This document shows positions 1-11,890 of a stretch of DNA of 13,468 bases, piece by piece. Made by a program: the position numbers and the translations under genes. Location of the stretch: the NCBI GenBank assembly GCA_049598495.1, contig JBMYNR010000042.1:1-13468 (forward strand). The letters run 5' to 3'. The notes below the pieces were generated by a model. The model was not told the origin of the DNA and searched no databases. It saw only the letters and a program-made list of their open reading frames with translations. The DNA is from Opitutales bacterium. Its GTDB lineage: Bacteria; Verrucomicrobiota; Verrucomicrobiia; Opitutales; Coraliomargaritaceae. Each line of letters opens with the position of its first letter. Within the stretch, counting starts at the first letter, position 1.

Positions 1-51
1 ATCCGGAATCAGCGTACAAGTTCTAATGTAGGTTATTTCGCTGACACCACA

Positions 52-828
52 CTAGGATCCACTCGCATCCTTAACCGACTTTGCGTAGATTGAAACCGAC
101 TTAAACAAATTATCGGCAAAGGAGGCAATGGTGACGAGGATCAACTGCAGCTCCACATCGCTAAAGGTGACGGCTTCGCCCTCTTTAAAGATCTTACGCT
201 GATCGACCAGTTTCCCTTTGGGCGGCTCAGCGCCGGCCTCAGAACTGAGTATTTCGACAGCTTTGAGATCGACCACGAGCTCGCCGTTATCGTCGAGTTG
301 CGGCTTCTTAACAATCCCACCATGCTGCATGAGCGCCTGCATACAGAAGCCGAGTGAGATAATGGAATCCTCAAGCTCACACATGATACCGTAGTCTTTT
401 TCCAGCTGATTAAATTTCTCATCTAGTTGGGCGGGGATAAATGCCTGCTGGGACTTCTGCGCTTCCTCGTGGGCTTCCGGACTCACATTGGAATTTGCGC
501 CGGTTGACCGAACGAGCGCGAGGAAGAAGTGAGCGTTGTTCATACCCGTCACGGCAAGGTTCATACAATCGCCGATGACCTGACGCATCAGTAGATCGCG
601 GGCGTAGGCCTGCATCTGCTCAAAATTCTGGTGGCGAGGCGCCGCCGGCATCACACGGGGAGCGTTGGCTCGTTGGTTGTAGGCCTCCTCTCGGATAGTC
701 TCGTGTGCGGCAAGATTGAATGCGAGCATATCAAAATGGCGCTGAAGCCCAACCATGAATTGCTGCGCGATCTGCTGCAAATTGACCTGCTGTGGCTGCC
801 CTGAGTTGGGTGGAGTGTGTTCTGACAT
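52..828 (-). CDS. Hypothetical protein (258 aa), soluble-looking, no recognised family
   Basis: Long ATG-started ORF with natural amino-acid composition, divergent from cls with a ~110-bp gap. No motif I recognise. Confidence 0.8.
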   Translation of the reverse strand: MSEHTPPNSGQPQQVNLQQIAQQFMVGLQRHFDMLAFNLAAHETIREEAYNQRANAPRVMPAAPRHQNFEQMQAYARDLLMRQVIGDCMNLAVTGMNNAHFFLALVRSTGANSNVSPEAHEEAQKSQQAFIPAQLDEKFNQLEKDYGIMCELEDSIISLGFCMQALMQHGGIVKKPQLDDNGELVVDLKAVEILSSEAGAEPPKGKLVDQRKIFKEGEAVTFSDVELQLILVTIASFADNLFKSVSIYAKSVKDASGS

Positions 829-940
829 AAGAATGGCTAGACAAATCGAAATTCACAGTCGGGACAATCCTTGATTGGAGAAAATGGGGTGTGCGGGGTT
901 TACTCTCGGCAGCCGCAGGAAAGACTCTATAGTTATTAGC

Positions 941-2374
941 ATGTGGCCGTGGATCGATCAAAACATCGTGGAGCCTGTCATTGATTTTCTCGGCGGGAGC
1001 CTTTTCTTCGTCCTGACCAATTTGTCCACGGTGCTCGGCTTCGTGCTTGCGGTCCTCATCATCCGACGCGTTCTCATTGAAAAACGGAATCCAAGTAATT
1101 TCTTCGCTTGGTTCTTTGTGGTTATCTTCATCCCGATTGTCGGCGTGCCACTCTACTTTATGTTCGGCGGGCGCAAGAGCCGAAAGCTAGTCCGCAATAA
1201 ACGCAGCGTAGCCCGGCACGCGGAGGATATCGCCCGGCAAAGGGAGACTGGAGCACCCAACTCCTCGATCAATGCGGGCAATCACTTTGAACTTCTGCCG
1301 GACGGACAATCCGCCTACGAACGGATGTGTCACGAAATCGATGCAGCCGAACACAGCATCCACATCGCGACTTATATTCTGGGCAACAATGCCACAGGCA
1401 ACGCCATTGTAGACCGTTTGGCCGCACGTGCAATAGAAGGCGTCAAGGTGCGCCTGCTACTCGACTCGCTGGGCAGTTGGAATTGCACGCGAGCCGCCCG
1501 TATCAAGCTCCGGAACGCCGGCGGAGAAGTCGCTATGTTCATGCCCGTGCTTCCAGTGCAAACACAGACATCGTCTAATCTGCGCAACCACCGAAAGATT
1601 GCCCTCTTCGACAACTACCGTGCGATTACGGGCGGACAGAATCTAGATGCCCGCTTCATGGGCAGCGGGGAGGATGCAGATCGTTTCACCGATTTTAGTG
1701 TGGTCACACAGGGACCCGCTGTTGCCCAGTTCACCCGAATATTTCTTTCGGATTGGGCTTTTGCCCACAAGACCTCACCTTCGGAATTTGAAGAGCTACT
1801 TCGCTATCGACCCGAAGAAGCAGGCAACAGCACCACCGAAATTATCGAGAGCGGCCCCGATGTGCTCAACGATCCGCTCTGGGAGCAAATCATTCTACTC
1901 ATCCAAGAATTCAAATACAGTCTTACCATCGTCACGCCCTACTTCATCCCCGATGATGTGATTCTCCAGTCGCTTATTGTAAAGGCACATACGGGGCGAC
2001 ATATCCGATTAATCATGCCGCTCAAGTCCAACCAGCGGCTCGCCGATATCGCACGGCACCACTACCTCCGGCAACTCGCGGAGGCAGGCATAGAGATCTA
2101 TTTCTATGAGCGCGGGATGATGCATGGTAAATTGATCCTCGTGGACGAGAAGGTCGCCATGACGGGCTCAGCCAATATCGATATGCGCTCGCTCTTTGTG
2201 AATTTCGAAATTGCACAGATGCATTATACCCTGTCGGACGTTGAGCAACTATCCGAGTGGGCGAAGAGACTCCTTACAGACTGCATCCCATACAAGCAGG
2301 CGATTCGGGACGCAGCCTTCATGCCCTCTCGTTTCACACAGGATCTTGTGCATCTACTCGTGCCGCTCCTTTAA
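941..2374 (+). CDS. cls: Cardiolipin synthase (phospholipase D superfamily, ClsA-like)
   Basis: Two HxKxxxxD motifs (RNHRKIALFD; MMHGKLILVD...GSANID) and N-terminal hydrophobic helices with a PLDc_N-like segment (RNPSNFFAWFFVVIFIPIVGVPLYFMFG). ATG at 941 preferred over the ORF-track start at 875. Confidence 0.92.
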   Translation: MWPWIDQNIVEPVIDFLGGSLFFVLTNLSTVLGFVLAVLIIRRVLIEKRNPSNFFAWFFVVIFIPIVGVPLYFMFGGRKSRKLVRNKRSVARHAEDIARQRETGAPNSSINAGNHFELLPDGQSAYERMCHEIDAAEHSIHIATYILGNNATGNAIVDRLAARAIEGVKVRLLLDSLGSWNCTRAARIKLRNAGGEVAMFMPVLPVQTQTSSNLRNHRKIALFDNYRAITGGQNLDARFMGSGEDADRFTDFSVVTQGPAVAQFTRIFLSDWAFAHKTSPSEFEELLRYRPEEAGNSTTEIIESGPDVLNDPLWEQIILLIQEFKYSLTIVTPYFIPDDVILQSLIVKAHTGRHIRLIMPLKSNQRLADIARHHYLRQLAEAGIEIYFYERGMMHGKLILVDEKVAMTGSANIDMRSLFVNFEIAQMHYTLSDVEQLSEWAKRLLTDCIPYKQAIRDAAFMPSRFTQDLVHLLVPLL

Positions 2375-2450
2375 AACAGGGACCTACCTGGCACCAAATC
2401 TCAAAATACTTGCAGCTGTGTTTCGGCAAAGATATCGCCTTCAACATACA

Positions 2451-4064
2451 ATGTTTTTACGCCTACGTCTATTCGCATCATGGATTCTGTGCTTCACTGT
2501 TTTAAGTTGCAGCAAGAACCACAGTAATGTCCAGGAAGGCAACACTGCACAGGAGCTCTACGTCGGCATCGGAACCGAACCCGAGGGTCTTGATCCGCAT
2601 CTTGTGACGGGTGTGACGGAGCACTACGTGCTGCTCTCACTTCTGGAGGGACTGACCAATGTGCACCCGAAGACCCTCGAGATCGAACCTGGTGTAGCCA
2701 CCCACTGGGAAATCTCCGAGAACGGGCTCGAATATACCTTTCATCTGGATCCACTCGCCAAATGGTCGAACGGCGACTCGGTGACCTCACAGGACTTCAT
2801 GTTCTCCTTCGAGCGCATTCTCACGCCGGCACTCGGCGCGCCCTATGCCTATATGCTCTACAGCATCAAAAACGCCGAAGCCTTCAATAAGGGCGAGATT
2901 GATGATTTCGCAGCCGTCGGTGTCAAAGCACCCGATGCCCAGACCCTACAATTCGAGCTGAAGGCACCGACTCCCTACTTTCTAAGCTTATCGACCCACT
3001 ACACCTGGTGGCCCGTCCACCGGGCCACCGTACTCGCACATGGCGGGATGACTGATCGCATCTCCAAATGGACGAAACCGGGCAACTTTGTCGGTAACGG
3101 CCCCTTTGCACTTAAAAAGTGGCGCCTAAACCACTCCATCCATGTAGAAAAGAATCCCCACTATCGAGATGAGCCGAATGTGCGATTGAATGGTATCCAT
3201 TTCCTGCCGGTCAATCTCGACACGGAAGAACGAGCCTTTCGGGCCAAGCAATTACATATCACCAGTTCAGTGCCCATCCCTCGGATCGACTGGTATCGCA
3301 AAAACGCCCCCGACCGTATGCGTTTCGACACCTATCTCGGGGTCTATTACTATCTTGTTAATACCGAACGAGGACCGCTGAAGGATCCCCGCGTGCGCAA
3401 GGCACTCGCGTATTCGATTGATCGCGAAGCTCTGACCGAGCATGTGCTCAAGGCCGGCCAAAAGCCCGCCTACCATTTTACGCCTCCGAATACGGGAGGC
3501 TACACCGCCGAAGTTCGGTTCCCCTATGACCCCGAGCGGGCACGTGAGTTACTGGCCGAAGCAGGCTATCCTGACGGCGAGGGTTTTCCAAAATTCGAAC
3601 TCCTTTTTAACACAAGCGAATCCCACCGAACCGTGGCAGTCGCCATTCAACAGATGTGGCAATCGGAACTGGGTATCGACATTAGCCTCTATAATCAGGA
3701 GTGGAAGGTCTATCTGGCGACCCGAAAGGAACGCAAGTTCGACATCGTAAGGGCAGCCTGGATCGGCGATTATGTGGATCCCAATACCTTCCTCAGCTTA
3801 GCCACCAGTGCTAACGGCAACAACCATACGAACTGGCGCAACGAACGCTTCGATGGACTGATCCGCGAGGCGGCCTTCACCCAGGATCCCGAGGCGCGCT
3901 TCGAGCTCTTTCAAGAAGCGGAAAGTATTCTCATGGATGAGATGCCTGTCATCCCGATCTACTTCTATGTGCGCAGCACTCTGATCGACAAAGCTGTCCG
4001 TGGGTGGTATCCGAATATTCTCGACTACCACCCCTATCAGGATGTCTGGCTCGAGGACGAGTAG
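2451..4064 (+). CDS. Peptide ABC transporter substrate-binding lipoprotein (OppA / SBP family 5)
   Basis: Signal peptide with lipobox (MFLRLRLFASWILCFTVLS-C). Family-5 SBP motifs: EPEGLDP, PGVATHWEISENGLEYTFHL, KWSNGDSVTSQDF, NGPF, DPRVRKALAYSIDR, WIGDYVDPNTFL. Start moved from 2211 to the in-frame ATG at 2451, which avoids overlap with cls. Confidence 0.92.
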   Translation: MFLRLRLFASWILCFTVLSCSKNHSNVQEGNTAQELYVGIGTEPEGLDPHLVTGVTEHYVLLSLLEGLTNVHPKTLEIEPGVATHWEISENGLEYTFHLDPLAKWSNGDSVTSQDFMFSFERILTPALGAPYAYMLYSIKNAEAFNKGEIDDFAAVGVKAPDAQTLQFELKAPTPYFLSLSTHYTWWPVHRATVLAHGGMTDRISKWTKPGNFVGNGPFALKKWRLNHSIHVEKNPHYRDEPNVRLNGIHFLPVNLDTEERAFRAKQLHITSSVPIPRIDWYRKNAPDRMRFDTYLGVYYYLVNTERGPLKDPRVRKALAYSIDREALTEHVLKAGQKPAYHFTPPNTGGYTAEVRFPYDPERARELLAEAGYPDGEGFPKFELLFNTSESHRTVAVAIQQMWQSELGIDISLYNQEWKVYLATRKERKFDIVRAAWIGDYVDPNTFLSLATSANGNNHTNWRNERFDGLIREAAFTQDPEARFELFQEAESILMDEMPVIPIYFYVRSTLIDKAVRGWYPNILDYHPYQDVWLEDE

Positions 4065-4070
4065 AAGCAG

Positions 4071-4118
4071 ACCTGGTCGGCATTACCTGGTCGGCATTAC
4101 CTGGTCGGCATTACCCGG
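4071..4118. repeat. Tandem repeat, 14-bp unit ACCTGGTCGGCATT x3 plus partial ACCCGG
   Basis: Perfect copies at 4071-4084, 4085-4098 and 4099-4112, starting 6 nt after the oppA stop codon. Confidence 0.95.
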
Positions 4119-4166
4119 AAGATCCTAAACCGCTTCTTGGAAGCGTTATAATATCATCTGCCATAA

Positions 4167-4193
4167 GGGTCTGTCGGACTTAAGTCGTCCTCC
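4167..4193 (+). repeat. 27-bp direct repeat copy 1 (IS left end) GGGTCTGTCGGACTTAAGTCGTCCTCC
   Basis: Identical to 4691-4717; contains the palindrome GACTTAAGTC. Confidence 0.95.
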
Positions 4194-4236
4194 AGACAGT
4201 TAATCGGTTGTTAGTTGGCCGATTCTATATCTTTGT

Positions 4237-4481
4237 ATGAGTGCAAAGTTTGTAAGCGTAGATCGGGATACACCGATGTTGCTACCCTGCGTGACCGGGT
4301 CAAAGACAACGATCTTATTGGTTTTGTATTGGATGCCGTGGATGCGACGGATTTGCGAAGTGCCCATGTCAATCACCGTGGCACCGGAAGTGCGGAGTAT
4401 CCTCCCGGAATGATGCTCGCTCTGCTGATCGATTGCTATGCGACCGGGGTGTTCCGTTCGCACAGGATCGAGAACTGTTAA
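4237..4481 (+). pseudogene. IS1182-family transposase N-terminal fragment (DUF772-like), frameshifted and truncated
   Basis: ATG 4237 reads MSAKFVSVDRDTPMLLP. A frame change at ~4285-4287 then gives LRDRVKDNDLIGFVLDAVDATDLRSAHVNHRGTGSAEYPPGMMLALLIDCYATGVFRSHRIE, which matches the IS1182 pattern DR..LLP.DLRDW...FV..AV...DL...RG.GS..YPP.M.LALL.Y.YATG.FSSR.IE. Stop at 4479-4481; the DDE domain is absent. Confidence 0.85.
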
Positions 4482-4554
4482 GGAAGTTCTACCAAAACCA
4501 TATTTCAGCAAGCTCTGCACGGTGAACCTGTCGAACTGACATTATCAGGCTGAG

Positions 4555-4648
4555 CGTAGCGATGCGACGCCAGTCGCGTCGACGTATGAAGGGCTCCGAA
4601 CAAACGGAGGCGCAAGTCCGTCGACCTTGCTGGCGCAAGTTCGCTACG
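4555..4648. repeat. Inverted pair of 30-nt GTAG-type REP-like palindromic elements (REPIN-like doublet)
   Basis: 4555-4584 (+) is CGTAGCGATGCGACGCCAGTCGCGTCGACG and 4619-4648 (-) is CGTAGCGAACTTGCGCCAGCAAGGTCGACG. They share the GTAG foot, GCCA loop and GTCGACG tail, and each has an 8-bp imperfect stem. The 34-nt spacer has its own CTCCG/CGGAG hairpin. Confidence 0.7.
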
Positions 4649-4690
4649 TCGTGCGGGGTGTCGCGATTGAAAGCTTTCTAATATCTTCAT

Positions 4691-4727
4691 GGGTCTGTCG
4701 GACTTAAGTCGTCCTCCCAACAGACCC
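4691..4727 (+). repeat. 27-bp direct repeat copy 2, joined directly to an inverted end (37-bp hairpin / mini-element)
   Basis: 4691-4717 is identical to 4167-4193. GGGTCTGT (4691-4698) pairs with ACAGACCC (4720-4727). Confidence 0.9.
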
Positions 4728-5563
4728 TATTTCGAATGACTATAACCTACCCCCGGCATATCGATCCGAATGCGCTCGCGGCCACGAAAATAATAAAGAT
4801 CGAGAAAACCTATCTCGCGAAGCATCGGCTGGATAAAGTCGAAAAACTGGCCAACTGAAGTAGGACGGTGGGCGTCCGAACCGATCGTCAACTTGACTCC
4901 TATTTCGGCAGCCCAGTCAAGAATCATAGGATCCGGGTGCACCTCATAATCGCCCTTCGTCAAACCGCTGGTGTTCACCTCCATACAGATATCCTCATCG
5001 ACCACCGCTTGAAGGAATTCACGGATCACCTCCTCGTGTTCGACAGGATCGAAGTGGTCCACCACACCGTAGGTGCGAATCACATCCGGATGCGACATAC
5101 TATCGTAGCGACCGGACTGCGCACCATCAATAAGATGACGAAAATAACTATCGATCCGCATGGCATCGGTTTTCATCTTGTTCCTCGAAATCCACTCAAG
5201 ATAACTGCGACATTGCGCGTGTAGCGATCCAAGGACAAAATCGAATTCATAGCCCGCCAGGATCGCATCCATCGGCTCCAATTTCGCCTCATCCGGAAAA
5301 ACCTCCGCCTCAATCCCACACAACACCTCGACCCCAAGCGGCGCCGCCTCGCGCGCTGTTTCACGAACCAGTGCCATATAATCGTCGAGCTCCCCGCGAT
5401 GCATTCGGATGCCCGCCTGTCCGAACGCCTCCCATTCCATCGGTATATGGCAGGTCATCGTAATCACATCGATTCCTTTCTCCGCAGCGACCATCGCATA
5501 CTCAATCGGCTCGCCGATCGCATGGCCGCAAAAAGGTGTATGCATATGTGAGTCAACGCGCAT
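4727..5563 (-). CDS. Histidinol-phosphatase, PHP/HisJ family
   Basis: PHP metal-binding motifs [39 protein letters not shown] and GSDAH; the length of 278 aa is typical. Confidence 0.85.
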   Translation of the reverse strand: MRVDSHMHTPFCGHAIGEPIEYAMVAAEKGIDVITMTCHIPMEWEAFGQAGIRMHRGELDDYMALVRETAREAAPLGVEVLCGIEAEVFPDEAKLEPMDAILAGYEFDFVLGSLHAQCRSYLEWISRNKMKTDAMRIDSYFRHLIDGAQSGRYDSMSHPDVIRTYGVVDHFDPVEHEEVIREFLQAVVDEDICMEVNTSGLTKGDYEVHPDPMILDWAAEIGVKLTIGSDAHRPTSVGQFFDFIQPMLREIGFLDLYYFRGRERIRIDMPGVGYSHSK

Positions 5564-5675
5564 AGGGATTTATGTGTCGGGATAGAAGGCTTATTGAATC
5601 CACGCAACTGAGAAAAATTGGCCCCCTACGGGCAAAGAATCTTCATAGCCATTTGTATTTCGGACGAGGCTTGTT

Positions 5676-6212
5676 ATGATTGTGAATATGAAACATTACG
5701 CCTATCATCAGACTCTTAAAACGATATGGGATGAAGCCGTAGCCAAATACCGTGGGGGAAACCGCAAACCGGAGAGCTATTTTGACGAGGACACGCTCAC
5801 CCAACTGGCAGCGATCGGGCTTAACACGATGGATGTCTACGACTATGCGGAAGATTACGTGACCCGCGATGAGCCCGACTTTGAGACCTTCCTCATGATT
5901 TGTGAGGCTCGGCGTGACTACTTTCTAACTGTCCAGAAAGGCACGCCCTCAGAGGAGGTACTGGACTCCGACACTTTGCCTCCGAAGGAGGCATCCGTCG
6001 AAGGCATCGCCTGGCTCCCTCGAATCATCCCGAAAGCAGTGGCCAAACTTCGCGGCGAACTTCCGCCCGAAACAATGTTTAATTGTGGGGGCGACCGCCG
6101 TTTCTTCAGAGAGAATAAGATCCACCCTGCTGAATTTCTTCGGGCAGCCTGGGCATACGAGGATAATCCCGCCGAGCTGGTCAAATGGGTCGCAGGCCGA
6201 AAATCCTCATAG
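5676..6212 (+). CDS. DUF5069-like protein of unknown function
   Basis: C-terminal half WLPRIIPKAVAKLRGELP...NCGGDRRFF...I.PAEFL resembles DUF5069 as I recall it. GAGG lies 6 nt before ATG 5676; an alternative ATG is at 5688. Confidence 0.7.
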   Translation: MIVNMKHYAYHQTLKTIWDEAVAKYRGGNRKPESYFDEDTLTQLAAIGLNTMDVYDYAEDYVTRDEPDFETFLMICEARRDYFLTVQKGTPSEEVLDSDTLPPKEASVEGIAWLPRIIPKAVAKLRGELPPETMFNCGGDRRFFRENKIHPAEFLRAAWAYEDNPAELVKWVAGRKSS

Positions 6213-6218
6213 TTGACA
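6213..6218 (+). promoter_or_regulatory. Possible sigma70 -35 box (TTGACA) upstream of the glutaredoxin
   Basis: Perfect TTGACA starting 38 nt before ATG 6251; no good -10 consensus at 17-bp spacing. Confidence 0.3.
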
Positions 6219-6250
6219 AGCTCGAGAAATCCATCACATACACCGATATT

Positions 6251-6586
6251 ATGAAGATTGTAGCCTACTTGAAACCTACCTGCGGTTGGAGCATGGGCGT
6301 GCGCGCCATTATGAAGAAGTATGGCCTCGAGTATGAGGACCGCGACATCATCAATCAACCGGATCAATATGCGGAAATGGTCGAGAAATCCGGCCAGCCC
6401 CTCTCCCCCTGTGTCGAGATCGACGGTAACCTGCTGGCCGACGTGAGTGGCGAGGAGGTAGAAAACTACATGCTAAGCAATGGTTTGGTGCAGCCAAACA
6501 ATGCTGAGGCTGACGCCCCGACCAACGCCCCGTGCACCGATGAGGAGCACGAGGCGATGCGCTCAAAGACAGTCCGCTTCTTCTAG
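6251..6586 (+). CDS. Glutaredoxin-family protein with CGWS (CxxS) active site
   Basis: Thioredoxin-fold Grx pattern: IVAYLKPTCGWS, helix, YEDRDI, SGQPLSPCVEIDG (cis-Pro loop). ATG at 6251 preferred; the ORF-track start at 6185 overlaps the upstream gene. Confidence 0.85.
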   Translation: MKIVAYLKPTCGWSMGVRAIMKKYGLEYEDRDIINQPDQYAEMVEKSGQPLSPCVEIDGNLLADVSGEEVENYMLSNGLVQPNNAEADAPTNAPCTDEEHEAMRSKTVRFF

Positions 6587-6754
6587 CAGACGGCCGACTG
6601 GCCACCCGGGATTTCCTTAAGTCCCTATACATCAACAATTTTTCTCCAGATCGACTGGATTTTGGCCCGAAATATGGTGTCATTCCAGCCTAGTATGGTA
6701 ATTTTCCTAGACAGGCCACCTGCAGGCATTACCTTCCTCGTTCTTTTTGGATTT

Positions 6755-6760
6755 TTGACA
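6755..6760 (+). promoter_or_regulatory. Possible sigma70 -35 box (TTGACA) upstream of gltB
   Basis: Perfect TTGACA preceded by a T-rich tract in the 252-bp grx-gltB spacer; the -10 element is unclear. Confidence 0.35.
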
Positions 6761-6838
6761 TAGGGACCCTGTCCCATCCGAGACAATGGGTCAGCGCCCG
6801 GCCGAAAGCCGCACGACCCGCAAACTTTATTAACTGAT

Positions 6839-11488
<4,650 letters not shown>

Positions 11489-11499
11489 GGCCTTCGGCC

Positions 11500-11534
11500 A
11501 GAAGGTAGGAGTTAGGAGTTAGAAGACAGAATGG
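11500..11534 (+). repeat. Degenerate 7-nt tandem array (left arm): AGAAGGT AGGAGTT AGGAGTT AGAAGAC AGAATGG
   Basis: Five in-phase AGRA-starting heptamers between the gltB stop and the small ORF start (the last overlaps the ATG); preceded by a mini-palindrome GGCC-TTC-GGCC (11489-11499). Confidence 0.85.
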
Positions 11535-11890
11535 AAACTGATGCTCCCGGCTTTGAAAGCCTTCTCGTTTGGCAAAAATCTCACGAATTCGTCCTAAAGA
11601 TTTACGAAATGACACAACACTTCCCAGATAGCAAAAAATTCGGACAGATCTCTCAGCTTCGTCGCGCTTCTGTCTCGATCCCGGCGAATATTGCCGAAGG
11701 CTACGGGAAGCGTTCATCTGCGGACAAGGCACGCTTCTACAACATCGCTCAAGGATCCATGAACGAATGCCACTATTACCTACGGCTAGCCAAAGATCTC
11801 GGCTATGCCCAAACCAAAAAACTCACAGAACAACTCAATGAAATCGGTAGAATGCTAAACAGCTATACTCGAAAGGTTGTGGCAACCTAA
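11531..11890 (+). CDS. Four-helix bundle protein (23S rRNA intervening-sequence protein family, Avd-like fold)
   Basis: 119 aa with the family pattern FESLLVWQKSHEFVLKIYEMTQHFP..KFGQISQLRRASVSIPANIAEGYGKRS.ADKARFYNIAQGSMNECHYYLRLAKDLGY. Hand count of GC is 167/360 (~46%), lower than gltB/gltD. Confidence 0.93.
   Translation: METDAPGFESLLVWQKSHEFVLKIYEMTQHFPDSKKFGQISQLRRASVSIPANIAEGYGKRSSADKARFYNIAQGSMNECHYYLRLAKDLGYAQTKKLTEQLNEIGRMLNSYTRKVVAT

Larger units (their letters stand above)
4167..4727 (+). mobile_element. Degenerate IS1182-family insertion sequence remnant
   Basis: Left end GGGTCTGTCGGA (4167-4178) and imperfect inverted copy CCCAACAGACCC (4716-4727; 10/12 to the reverse complement). 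Contains a transposase N-terminal fragment. The interior beyond ~4470 no longer looks like transposase. Confidence 0.7.

Noticed and set aside
2389..2414. Sigma54 promoter (TGGCAC...TTGC) before oppA
   Set aside because: TGGCAC is present but TTGC is far from the required -24/-12 spacing.
2211..2450. N-terminal extension of the OppA ORF from 2211 (likewise 875-940 for cls and 6185-6250 for grx)
   Set aside because: The OppA and grx extensions overlap the upstream gene, the OppA one would bury the lipoprotein signal, and the cls one starts at a TTG with no family-like sequence. Downstream ATGs fit the families better.
4280..4292. Programmed -1 frameshift in the transposase
   Set aside because: No slippery heptamer is present, conserved residues are missing at the junction and the gene is truncated, so decay is the simpler explanation.
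4200..4720. Minus-strand ORFs 4200-4520 and 4505-4720 as real genes
   Set aside because: They are antisense to the transposase fragment or run through the palindromic repeats, and have no protein-like features.
4071..4727. CRISPR array suggested by the 14-bp tandem repeats, the 27-bp direct repeats or the 30-nt hairpins
   Set aside because: The tandem units have no spacers, the 27-mers are only two copies 524 bp apart, the 30-mers are inverted, and there are no cas genes in the window.
6608..6663. Intrinsic terminator after the glutaredoxin (GGGATTT-CCTT-AAGTCCC; TCCAG-ATCGA-CTGGA-TTTT)
   Set aside because: The first hairpin lacks a U-tract and the second has only a 5-bp stem and 4 Ts, too weak to call.
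11531..11890. Diversity-generating retroelement, because of the Avd-like fold
   Set aside because: No reverse transcriptase and no TR/VR repeat pair with adenine-specific mismatches were seen in the window.
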